NCBI RefSeq assembly: GCF_001194135.2
Contig: NC_068985.1
Coordinates: forward strand, 58,720,511 to 58,753,440
DNA length: 32,930 nt
Source: Octopus bimaculoides
Taxonomy: Eukaryota
Direction of reading: 5' to 3'
How positions within the stretch are numbered: position 1 is the first letter of the stretch; each line of letters opens with the position of its first letter. Positions 21,269 through 32,890 of the stretch are shown here, in pieces. A model generated the notes under the pieces. It saw only the letters and a list, made by a program, of their open reading frames with translations, was not told the origin of the DNA and did no database searches. Both the position numbers and the translations under genes were made by a program.

Positions 21269-23955
21269 TCGGACAGGTCGTTCGATCAGTATATATATAT
21301 ATATACAATATGTATATATATGTATGACGGTCAACTTTTTCTTTGATCAGTTAAGTTTGTAATTCCCTATCAATTCGCAAGATAACTACTCGCAGACTCC
21401 CATAGTAACGTATTTCCCCACTTTACAATTCCTGCTTACTCCTCCATTCAATATCCCAACCAAAACATCTTTGCCACCGTCAAAGAACATAGTTATGATG
21501 TGATTTAATGATATTTAGCTGATGCTTTTATTCAATGCTTTGATCTCATAGAAACACACTGGTTATCTAGTATAGTCATTATGATAACTATAAAGTAATA
21601 TATGTGTGTCCTTTATTCTTATATTACGTTTCCGCAGTAACATGTGATTTCAATACAATATTTTCTTTCTATGTTGTCGAATGTAGTATATTTTGTAAGG
21701 TGTCATGTTATTTTGACCTTTGACTTTTGTTCTCTTTATTGGTCATTTGTAGAATTTTGGTTGTTCCTTTTAGAATACTAATCGTACCTCTTGTGGCATC
21801 ATATTAAGATTGTTTTAATAATAATTAAATCCTGTTTGCTTCATTGCATTAAGTCTGACATGCGGTGCTAATAGACCTTAATAGTCTCACTCCTCAGTTC
21901 GCAACACATCACATCACGATTCGAAATTTTTTTCCATTTTCAAGAGAATCACTACTAGTTCCATTTGAAGCGTTCTTTGAAGCGTCAGATATCAGTTTAT
22001 CTGAAACAAAACAATGCACTTATTAATCAGTGGAGCTGGAATTACTGCATGCAAGATTTCACAGCTCTACCATCGCTCCTTCAAAATCAGCGTATGAAAT
22101 TTTCAGGCTACACTCGTATATATGTATGATATATCTATATAGAAATATAAATATAAAAATACGCTCGTCTGAAAGTAGATTCATGCACACTCTATATTAG
22201 TCAAATACACTGGTTTTCAAATGCATGAATATATGAATACTATGGTACACACTATTATGTATTGAACATAGCACATATTCTTACGTATTTTCCAAATTCC
22301 GCACACGATCACACGCACATGGAGATTCATACTTTTAAAAGCTATGACTGCCCTTATGCACATCTTAATATTATGCCTGTATATACATTTATGCTAACTT
22401 GTGTGTCTACATATGCATTTCATCTACTACCGTGTCTGTTAAACTTACATGATCTATTTTGGCTACAAGAATTCCAATAATGTTATTTTAGGATTAACAA
22501 AAAAAGTAATCTATCCAGTGGGAGATAAATATCATTTAATATACATAATTAAAAAATATGTATTTACAAATACTTTAATATTATAGACACACAATAATTT
22601 GGCAGTCACCATCATCTCCATTTTCCATGGTAGCATAAATTCAACATTGATTATTGAAAAGGTTACAAAACAACGAAAACTTTAGAAAAAATAAATAAGT
22701 AAATGAGTGGAAATCGAACCGCTGAGTGTGTTAAATAATCTTAATATATAAATCTGAAGTTGTGTGTTTGTGTGAAGCCTTTTTGAATGTTTATAGAAAT
22801 CCACATTTTCCACTCTTTCGTAAAAATTTTTACATCAATGGAATTTTCTCGATGTGAACTTTCCAGTGCAGTAATTAGAGTTTTAAAATTCCGTTTACTT
22901 TGTGTGATTTAAGGGAGATTTGGCTGTTGTTTCAAACAACTTTTATATTTCATCCCTGCTACCTGGAACGCCATTCTTACACACGCACTCAACATAAAAA
23001 TATAGAGAGTGAGAGTAAANNNNNNNNNNNNNNNNNNNNNNNNNNNNNNNNNNNNNNNNNNNNNNNNNNNNNNNNNNNNNNNNNNNNNNNNNNNNNNNNN
23101 NNNNNNNNNNNNNNNNNNNNNNNNNNNNNNNNNNNNNNNNNNNNNNNNNNNNNNNNNNNNNNNNNNNNNNNNNNNNNNNNNNNNNNNNNNNNNNNNNNNN
23201 NNNNNNNNNNNNNNNNNNNNNNNNNNNNNNNNNNNNNNNNNNNNNNNNNNNNNNNNNNNNNNNNNNNNNNNNNNNNNNNNNNNNNNNNNNNNNNNNNNNN
23301 NNNNNNNNNNNNNNNNNNNNNNNNNNNNNNNNNNNNNNNNNNNNNNNNNNNNNNNNNNNNNNNNNNNNNNNNNNNNNNNNNNNNNNNNNNNNNNNNNNNN
23401 NNNNNNNNNNNNNNNNNNNNNNNNNNNNNNNNNNNNNNNNNNNNNNNNNNNNNNNNNNNNNNNNNNNNNNNNNNNNNNNNNNNNNNNNNNNNNNNNNNNN
23501 NNNNNNNNNNNNNNNNNNNNNNNNNNNNNNNNNNNNNNNNNNNNNNNNNNNNNNNNNNNNNNNNNNNNNNNNNNNNNNNNNNNNNNNNNNNNNNNNNNNN
23601 NNNNNNNNNNNNNNNNNNNNNNNNNNNNNNNNNNNNNNNNNNNNNNNNNNNNNNNNNNNNNNNNNNNNNNNNNNNNNNNNNNNNNNNNNNNNNNNNNNNN
23701 NNNNNNNNNNNNNNNNNNNNNNNNNNNNATTTTTCTCTATTATGTGCTTATGTGCATCCTTAGATTTCTAATGAAGTAATAGCAGTGAAGAGAAGCAGTC
23801 ATAAGAAAACTTTTATCTACCCCTATTCCTTTCTTTCCCCCTCTCTACCTCCTCCTCTCTCGCTCTCTCAAAAGCATACACGTGCAAGTACACAATCATT
23901 CAGTAAAATATAACTCATGTTCGTCAATATTTTGTAAATTTACCAAGATTTTCAC

Positions 23956-24100
23956 TAGGGTGTTAGGGTTATGGTTTTAGGGTCAGGGTTAGGGTTTAGG
24001 ATTAATGTTACGGTTACGGTTTTTAGGGTGAGGGTTAGGGTTAGGGTTAGGGTTAGGGTTTAGGGTTAGTATTAGGGTTAGTGTTAGGATTAGGGTTGGG
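23956..24100 (+). repeat. Interstitial telomere-like (TTAGGG)n tract with degenerate flanks
   Basis: Near-perfect TTAGGG run at about 24023-24069 with variant units (TTACGG, TCAGGG, TTTAGGG) on either side; unique sequence on both flanks. Confidence 0.9.
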
Positions 24101-24684
24101 TAATCGTGTGGGTGTTAATCTGAAACATTACAGATATGTGAAAAGTACCGACACTGCCATCTATTATAACCTTTGTTGTTCTGNNNNNNNNNNNNNNNNN
24201 NNNNNNNNNNNNNNNNNNNNNNNNNNNNNNNNNNNNNNNNNNNNNNNNNNNNNNNNNNNNNNNNNNNNNNNNNNNNNNNNNNNNNNNNNNNNNNNNNNNN
24301 NNNNNNNNNNNNNNNNNTGGTGCATCAACATCTTCTGCCCAATCTGATAGAATTCTGGCAAAACTGTGTAGCAACTGATCGCCAGCAATTGCTTCATCAG
24401 AAATTGCCGTCCTAGCTCCTGCTAAAAGGGATTACCCTGCTATGTATAATCAGGGCAGCGCAAAAGGTTGTTTTGCACAAGCATTTCTATAGCCAATTAC
24501 ACGGATGAAATTTACGTATGCTTAATAATTTTACGCAAAACAGCCTTCAGACTTTCCCTATTAATTTCATCGTCTTTTGAATTATGAACATATTTACATC
24601 ATAAGGGTTTTTTCGTTGTAAGGCTTTCTTTTTTAGTTGATTTTCAGGTAGCAAGACTTATCGTAGATGGCATAATAAGTCACA

Positions 24685-24713
24685 CCCGGACAAGGTCGGG
24701 TTATACTGCTAGT
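24685..24713 (+). mobile_element. Helitron-like 3' terminus
   Basis: GC-rich hairpin CCCGGAC-AAG-GTCGGG (24685-24700), 8-nt spacer, then CTAG|T (24709-24713), the canonical Helitron 3' architecture. The 5' TC end was not located. Confidence 0.6.
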
Positions 24714-26917
24714 AAGGCACTAAAAGAGAATACCTCTCCCCAAACAGAATAAAATATGCTTCAACACACGAAGTAATATAAGGAATCTTGCAAACCCCAA
24801 AAAAACATATATATATATATATATACAAAAATATACACATATATACTAATATTAATGTATATGCCTACATAGTGTGAGAAAAAATAGATATATTAAGAAG
24901 ACCAATCATGCAAGCGGTATCATAATTAATATTATCCCGATGGGCAAGAAAAATTGAAGTAAATGCTTGTGTGTTGACTAAATTGATTGGACAGGAAGTC
25001 GGTTTCATTAGTAAACTATTATATGGATCGATAGTTTTCGAAGACAAAGCAGACTCCAGTAATGAACATCATTGTAGATCCAAATTTAGATTATATATTT
25101 TGCACACACTAATTTTCACACTTGCAGTCAAGCTTATACACCTACATAAGCGCTGATATTACAAACCAACAAATCACTTCTGCAGATGACGGCATGCTGA
25201 CTTCCATTAATGAAGCTCATCCTGTCTATTCATGTATCTCTCACCCGGTTTATATATACGTATATATTTATAAACACAAACACATGCACGAACACACATA
25301 AACGCACAAACAGACACATATACACTCAAAGCCCTTTTATTTAAGTCGAGAGAGCTCATAGAATTTGTTGTAACTGGAATTGGCGGGTGTGTGAATATGC
25401 GTTTGTGTGTGTAGATATCTGTGAGTGTGGATAAAGTTACACTCGTTTAGTAGACGTGCGTGTCAATTTAGTACTAATTTTTTTCCTATGAGTCTACTAT
25501 TTATGAGTGTGAATTCGCATTATAGATGTATATGTGATTGTGTTCATGTGTTTTAGCCAAGGAACTTCTTTATAAATTTTCACATTATTTCTAATCAATT
25601 TCTCTGTCATTTTTTGAAGAACCTTACAGTGTTTGACTATCATGACTCTCCATTTACTGTTCTATAATTTCGTAAGTGGGCAGGAGCGTTTCATTTTTTA
25701 CTTTATATAATTAGAAAGAGGCGTTTACACACTACTCATTTCGTAGTTCATTTAACCACAATTAATCACGTTCGTGTTTTTTTTTTGTTTACATTCCAGA
25801 TCATTTACTTCTCACAAGTGAAATCTATATTATACTGAAGAGGAGCGTTTACAACATTGATGACATGCTATTTCAGATTACAATATATCACTTGTAGATT
25901 TAGCAAACACTTGCCATTAACAAACTTACGGTTTAGTATATATTTTTCGATAACAAAAATATTTATTTTCTGCTCCCATTTTGTATTTCACACATATTAC
26001 TTTGCATATTACTTAGGTGGTCGTGAGATGTGCTAATAATTATAGCTAAATATGATCTAAATCACGCTCCAATTTTTTTTTTTTTTTCGTTTTCTTTGGT
26101 CTTTACATAATTGTACGAATCCCCGTGTGTAGAAAACAAGTCCGTAAAAATTTTCTGAAAATTCAAAAAAATAAAAGGAAAGTTATGAGAGATGATATGG
26201 CGTGCGTAAAGCAGAATTCTGCCAATATTTCATTTGTTTGCATTCACGCAAAAAATGACATCTTCCAAATCCTGTTTTCTGACTGAGTATAAATTACCAC
26301 TTTAANNNNNNNNNNNNNNNNNNNNNNNNNNNNNNNNNNNNNNNNNNNNNNNNNNNNNNNNNNNNNNNNNNNNNNNNNNNNNNNNNNNNNNNNNNNNNNN
26401 NNNNNNNNNNNNNNNNNNNNNNNNNNNNNNNNNNNNNNNNNNNNNNNNNNNNNNNNNNNNNNNNNNNNNNNNNNNNNNNNNNNNNNNNNNNNNNNNNNNN
26501 NNNNNNNNNNNNNNNNNNNNNNNNNNNNNNNNNNNNNNNNNNNNNNNNNNNNNNNNNNNNNNNNNNNNNNNNNNNNNNNNNNNNNNNNNNNNNNNNNNNN
26601 NNNNNNNNNNNNNNNNNNNNNNNNNNNNNNNNNNNNNNNNNNNNNNNNNNNNNNNNNNNNNNNNNNNNNNNNNNNNNNNNNNNNNNNNNNNNNNNNNNNN
26701 NNNNNNNNNNNNNNNNNNNNNNNNNNNNNNNNNNNNNNNNNNNNNNNNNNNNNNNNNNNNNNNNNNNNNNNNNNNNNNNNNNNNNNNNNNNNNNNNNNNN
26801 NNNNNNNNNNNNNNNNNNNNNNNNNNNNNNNNNNNNNNNNNNNNNNNNNNNNNNNNNNNNNNNNNNNNNNNNNNNNNNNNNNNNNNNNNNNNNNNNNNNN
26901 NNNNNNNNNNNNNNNNN

Positions 26918-27143
26918 GCACCAAATTCCATCAATGCACCAAATTCCATCAATGCACCAAATTCCATCAATGCACCAAATTCCATCAAAGCACCAAATTC
27001 CATCAACGCACCAAATTCCATCAATGCACCAAATTCCATCAATGCACCAAATTCCATCAATGCACCAAATTCCATCAACGCACCAAATTCCATCAACGCA
27101 CCAAATTCCATCAATGCACCAAATTCCATCAATGCACCAAATT
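26918..27143. repeat. 18-bp minisatellite (GCACCAAATTCCATCAAT), 12.5 visible units, running into a gap
   Basis: Direct reading; only the last base of the unit varies (T/G/C). Confidence 0.97.
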
Positions 27144-27264
27144 TTAAAATTTCCACGGGTGCAGTCAAAAAGAAAAGATCCTCCAAGGAAATTAGATAGT
27201 AAAGATCCACTTGATAGAGAATTTATCTTTTACGTTGCACTTATTGATAATATCTAAGTTTTTA

Positions 27265-27754
27265 AACCTAAAGGTTGAATGACAAAATCTAAGCTCCTCT
27301 GCTAGTTCTTCAACAGTTAGAGGGGATTTCGTTCCACCATGGTTTGCAGGACGTCTTCGTTGAGCTCTACAGATCTTCCAGGATGAGGCTCGTCTTCTAG
27401 GCTGCAGTTTCCGGCTCGGAATTTCTAGAACCACCGTTGACACTGGTTTACGCCTATTTTTCCGATCTCCTTATACTGCATCGATATTCCTCGCATTTTT
27501 TTTTATTGCTTTGTTGCCTTTGTTGAACTCATAAAGAAAAATATGCCAAATATTCTCCTTTGTCACTTACATTATAACTTTGAACATATGTCTCTTAAAA
27601 TCGAACTGGACTCTTCAAAACGTGCACTAAGAATAAGGATAATGTAAAATTACTACCTGCTTTTATTGTAAGTTCATGCAGGTAGATATCCCGTCTCCTT
27701 CCGACTTTATGTTCATGCAATTGAAAAAATTGCATTATTTATGAGATGACTCAA
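27265..27754 (-). mobile_element. 5' half of a mariner transposon (TIR plus HTH region)
   Basis: TA + TTGAGTCATCTCATAAATAATGC TIR at 27756-27732. Translation VTKENIWHIFLYEFNKGNKA..ARNIDAV*GDRKIGVNQCQRWF*KFRAGNCSLEDEPHPGRSVELNEDVLQTMVERNP/LTVEELAEEL. Truncated before WVPHEL. Confidence 0.85.
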
Positions 27755-27800
27755 TAATATATATATATATAAATATATGCGTGTGTGTGTGTGTGTGTGT

Positions 27801-28082
27801 ACAATCAAAAATGCTAGTTCTACAATCTCTCTAAGTGATCAATGCAGTAGTTGTATTGACAAGTAATATACGTAGCCACTTCAACATGGCTGTCCATTCG
27901 AACAGACTCTACTGCGATTTTGTAACCCCAACCACCTAGTGGAGATGTTCTCTTGGGGTTAAAAAATCGCAGTGAAGTTCATTCGAATGGAGAGCTATGT
28001 TCAAGTGGCTAAGAATATTACTTGTCAGTACAAATACTGCGTTGATCTCTTAAAGAGCGATTATAAAAAACAGTTTTGCTTG
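27801..28082. repeat. Foldback (long inverted repeat)
   Basis: 27841-27930 versus 27954-28043 are reverse complements at 76/90 ungapped (hand count) around a 23-nt spacer; gapped similarity extends to about 27801 and 28082. Confidence 0.9.
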
Positions 28083-28369
28083 TTGCAAAATCACCGACTG
28101 TGTGTTCGCTTGAAATATATATATTGCGCGCAGAGGCAAGCGATTGCCACCTCTAGGAGATAAGGTCTTTTTGCGGCGTGAAACGAGATTCTCTGTTTTG
28201 GAATTTATCGTGGAAAAATGATATTGCTCAACTATCTTTTTCTTTACCCGTTAATTTTTGGCAAATTAATAACACGTTTACGATGGAATTTAATATTACA
28301 TCTGAGAAAGATTTTCCTGCGACGGGAAAGGATAATAGCGGTGAAATTGAAAAATAGGGAAAGGAAAGA

Positions 28370-31300
28370 ATGAGTTTTTCTGCTTCGGTGGGCGGCAATA
28401 TGACGGAAATGGAAGTGAAAATGGAACAATTGTNNNNNNNNNNNNNNNNNNNNNNNNNNNNNNNNNNNNNNNNNNNNNNNNNNNNNNNNNNNNNNNNNNN
28501 NNNNNNNNNNNNNNNNNNNNNNNNNNNNNNNNNNNNNNNNNNNNNNNNNNNNNNNNNNNNNNNNNNNNNNNNNNNNNNNNNNNNNNNNNNNNNNNNNNNN
28601 NNNNNNNNNNNNNNNNNNNNNNNNNNNNNNNNNNNNNNNNNNNNNNNNNNNNNNNNNNNNNNNNNNNNNNNNNNNNNNNNNNNNNNNNNNNNNNNNNNNN
28701 NNNNNNNNNNNNNNNNNNNNNNNNNNNNNNNNNNNNNNNNNNNNNNNNNNNNNNNNNNNNNNNNNNNNNNNNNNNNNNNNNNNNNNNNNNNNNNNNNNNN
28801 NNNNNNNNNNNNNNNNNNNNNNNNNNNNNNNNNNNNNNNNNNGTTCACTCGAAGCGCGAGAAAAAAATCAATGAAGCCCCTCCCCTAAAGGCTACGAAAG
28901 TTGTCAAAGAAAAATTAAAAAGCAAGACAACGCAACAGAAACGAGAGAGGGAGTAACACAGAGAGTCCAAAGGAAAAAAATGAGAAAAACGACCAAATGG
29001 AATTCACTACAGCGTCGCACAATAGAAAAAATCCCAAGTCCCAGACTCCTATCCCCAAACAAAACAACCCATAAAACACACGGTAGACACACAAAACAAA
29101 AATCCCCAAAACCAACCCCACGGTGAAACCTTTTACCAAACCCCTTCCCAAAACCCAAGAAAAATTGTTTCCTTCTCGGAAAAGAATACTGTGTTGAACA
29201 CAGTCATAAGAGCGTATCATAATGCGCGAGTTTTTAGAATAACAAAAGACATGCCTCCGAACATTAGGCTTGCTAAAATGGACGCAGTTCTATTTTCGGA
29301 GCTGAAGGAAAGTTAACCAGAAGGTATCAAGGACGTCAGCTCCGAAATTGCAGAGAAAAATTTACTAATAAGCCCAGCGGCTACACCAATCAAAGAAAAG
29401 GATAGGGAGGTAGCCGAATTTGTGCAGCCCCTCCCCAAACTTCTTCCTTTTTTGCATATTTTTGCCATGATGGTTAAGTTAGGGAGTATAAATGTGCGTG
29501 GGCTGGGGTCGAAATGGAAACAAGCTTGTCTCCTGGACGACCTCAGGTTACGAGATATAGATGCGTGCATTGTAACTGAGTCCAAGATGAGCGGACAACA
29601 AGCATTCTCGCCTCTTCTAAATGGCTATGAGAAATTTATTCCTCCTAGCCGACGAGTAGGAGGGGGCGTGGTGGTCTTATTCAGGAAGAACTTGGACGTA
29701 CAGGTAAGTACAGTCTTTTTGGACCCAGAATGTAGGCCGGTCGTCCTGGATGTGACTCACACTAGTAAACAGTCCTTCGTGTTGATAGCTGTCTACGCTC
29801 CTAATGAGAGTAGACAGACTGGTTCTTTTCGAGAACTGGAGCACTTTCAATAACAGTAGTTTTATTAAGTCACCTTAACACTTTTCTCGATGCACAGGTG
29901 GAGAGTACCGGCTCGACTGATAGGAGAGGAAATCCTGGTCTCAAGGGTCTACTAGAGAGTTATAATCTAGTAGACCGTTACAACTGGATGGGCCGCTCGT
30001 TTCACGGTGGACGTGGAGTAATAACGACGGCTCACTCAGATCTTATATAGATAGAGTATTCGTTAGAAATAGTGATAGGGATACGTTTAGTTGTACACAC
30101 TTTTGTTGTGTCCCTTACACGGATCACACATCTGTGACGTGTGAGGTATACATAGATAAATGTCATAGGCAGGGTCCCGGGTACTGGAAGATGAACAAGC
30201 CTATCTTGACTTGTGAAACCTTCCGTGCCCGGATTAAGGAATTAGTACAGAGGGCACTATGTGGTGCCATCATTAATAATAGGTGGTGTCGCGCCCTCAA
30301 GCGAGCCATCCGTTTAGAGTCTATTAGATTTAGCAATCAGCTAAGTTTTGATAGAACTAGAATAGAAGGGAACCTAGTTAAGGATTTAGCACGAGGCTTT
30401 GGAATCTGGCTATGCATCTAGAGTTGGCGGCGAGAGCAGTTTTATACCGTCATCTCAAAGACAAACATCAAGGCTGCAGAGTTAGAGCTAAGCTACTTTC
30501 AATGGGGCGAGAGGGTATTGACGTTGTATATGGTCTGCCCTACGAATTTTATCGAAGAATGCCGGACTTGTTCGCACCTGCTGGCCTGCGTCAACACAAA
30601 CTAGCAACAGAATGGGAGGATTCCCCGCTCTGTGAGTCGGTGATTGGTGACGTTGATCAGAAAGGACCCGAGCAAGGGGTATATTATAAGTAACTTCAGG
30701 CCCATAACTCTACTCAATGTAGAGTTAAAGATTTTGCCCAAGGTGTTAGCCAAAAGTTTGACGCATGTCATGGAGAAACTTGTAGGGAAGGCGCAGACAT
30801 ACGCATTCCCAGGTAGGTCTATCCAGGAAGTCTTCATCTCTTACGCTAAATTACGGTAAATTAACCGGCAAAGATGGGTCACTGATCCATTTAGACCAAA
30901 GTAAAGCTTTCGATAGTGTAGATCACCAATACCTGGTGGCAGTTTTCGAAGCGGCTGGGCTGGGCCCGGATTTCCGTGGTTGGATCACTGCCATTTATAG
31001 TCGCATCAAATTCACCATCTAGATAAACAATTACCTGTCGGAGCCGTTTCAAATCAAGCGCTCGGTTAGTCAAGGGTTAGTCAAGGGTGTGATGGCTCTT
31101 GAGCCATTACTACGCAAGCTGGAGAATTTCAGGAGCATCTTCTATGAAATCTGATGCGGTAAGTCAGTCTCTGTTTATGCAGATGGCGTCACCATCACCG
31201 CGTCCGATGAAAACCACCTACCTTGCGTAGAGGACGCTATCAAAGGATACGAGGCGCACCTAGAGGAGAAAATCGACATTGTCCAGTGTTGTGGACAGAT

Positions 31301-32480
31301 GGTCCTGTTAAGTTGCTCGGAGTTTGGACCAGACTCCCAGACGGAGAAGAATTGGAGTGAGGTCACAAACAGGGTGGAGGCCCTAGTCCGGACTTGGTCT
31401 GGAAGAGCTCTGTCCCTGAGAGGAAGGGAGGAGGTGGTACAGGTGTTTATTGCATCTGTTATCACCTACCGCCTGACCTTTGTCACTTGCCCCGACTCGT
31501 GGCTAAGCAAGTTGGAGCGCCTTCTCTTCCGTTTGTTGTGGAAGGGAGGAAAGCCACTTGTGAGGTGCTCCGTTTGCTGCCAGGTACCGCTAAAGTGTAG
31601 GTTAGGAATGCCCTGGTTAATGATGCGCAGACATTCGCTGAAGCTAAGTCATCTCTGGGTCTACCTGGAAGGTGACCAGTTGTGGAATCCTCTGGCGGAG
31701 GATTTTTTTCCGCGACCAGCCTCATTGGAGAGATTTAAACTCGGTTTCATTAAAAGAGGGAAACTGACTGAGTGGCACAAGGAGTGTCATCGACAGGCAC
31801 TCGTGCTAATCCACAAGGCGGGCAAGGCCGACAGTTGGAATACCACCTCGGTTTTGTATAAAGGGCTGGTAGAGTTCAACAATGATGACGTTCTAAGAGG
31901 AAAACTTTCAGGCCGAGGTATTTGGATAATTACAAAAAATCCCTGGCCTGGCAGTGCTACAAGAATGCTTTACCTGTTCACGATAAATTGTCCAGACACG
32001 GAATGTCAGTGCCAACGTCATGTCCAAGATGTAGGCGCAACGATGAAAAGTGTAAAGTGCCGGGAGCTTTCAGGCTTGATAATTTACGTAGAACACATTT
32101 TGCCACACCTAGGCAGAGTACAGCTATCAGCTAAGTCCATAATAAATATTGTACCGCCAACTGGACTCTCAAAGGAAGGTGAGGCATGTTTTCTATGTAC
32201 AGTTGCAGTGTTGAGAGAGTGTGTGGAAGACTAGAATGCAAGGACTCGTGACGGGATCATTCGTTTCTGGCCCTGATTTGCTGACGTACTTCAGATATCA
32301 TCTCAAGAGCAAGATAGGGCTGGAGAAGAGATATCTGTCACGAGGTATGTTCGAGAAAAGATGGAAGACTGTGGTAAGAAAGGTGGGTGCAACTGACCCT
32401 GCTTAATTCGTCATGGGAAAAGGAAAGGGTGTAGACGCTGGGCTTTTCAGCCCATCAGGTTAAAGTCCAAAATAAAATTC
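28370..32480 (+). mobile_element. Decayed near-full-length L1-clade (Tx1-like) LINE
   Basis: Probable ORF1 remnant 28370-29400 (low-complexity, partly in gap; weak), ORF2 from 29467, a 3' UTR hairpin TGGGCT-TTTC-AGCCCA (32439-32454) and AATAAA (32471-32476). The 5' boundary is uncertain. Confidence 0.85.
29467..32406 (+). pseudogene. LINE ORF2 pseudogene (APE endonuclease + reverse transcriptase + Cys-rich C-terminus)
   Basis: SINVRGL, TES, AVYAPN, WTWSN..SYIDRVF, YTDH, GPGYWKMN, GLPYEFY, NFRPITLLNVELKIL, LDQSKAFDSVDH, SVSQG, YADG (31176-31187; YADD degraded), CPRC. Multiple stops, frameshifts and internal deletions. Confidence 0.93.
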
Positions 32481-32752
32481 TAAACTTGTTTTTATATATC
32501 ATTCATAATTTTTAAACATAGGTATCATTCGAACTCACAATAACGATAATTCTTTGTATTTGTCACCACTAGGATAATATATATCGTAATTTAAAAAATC
32601 ATCTCTAGCAGACGAGGTGTCCAGTACCGAAGAGTGGCAGAAATACCCTGAAACCAAGATTGGTCTACTGATCCTGTCGCTGGAAGATAGTAATGGTTCG
32701 CACCTCTGCGCGCAAGTTATCAGATTCAGCTCTGCATCATTAACCAGCTACA

Positions 32753-32890
32753 GGAGATGTACTCTTGGGGTGAAAACAAAATCGTAGTAGAGTCCGTTCG
32801 AACGGACAGACATGTTGAAGTGGCTACGAATATTACTTTTATATATACAAATATTCGCATGGGTACCCAAAATAAACCAGAATTTTGCAA
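32753..32890 (+). repeat. Third copy of the foldback arm module
   Basis: 32776-32838 matches the reverse complement of 27861-27923 at 58/63; 32753-32770 matches the spacer/right-arm start 27941-27958 at 17/18. Confidence 0.9.

Larger units (their letters stand above)
2456..28842. other. Assembly gaps (N runs): 2456-3013, 7699-7784, 10194-10213, 14902-14960, 23020-23728, 24184-24317, 26306-26917, 28434-28842
   Basis: Direct reading; most gaps abut microsatellites or tandem repeats. Confidence 0.98.

Noticed and set aside
23956-24100. True chromosome end
   Set aside because: Unique sequence continues for kilobases on both sides.
24360-24400. Minus-strand CUGAUGA followed by a hairpin
   Set aside because: No GAAA after the stem, so it is not a hammerhead.
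26918-27143. 18-bp array as a CRISPR array or a repeat protein (MEFGAL / MHQIPS)
   Set aside because: No spacers and eukaryotic context; the open frames result from the unit length being a multiple of 3.
2259-28888. Long ORFs containing X runs (e.g. 2259-3053, 22900-23763, 26302-27210, 28228-28848)
   Set aside because: Artefacts of N gaps, which contain no stop codons.
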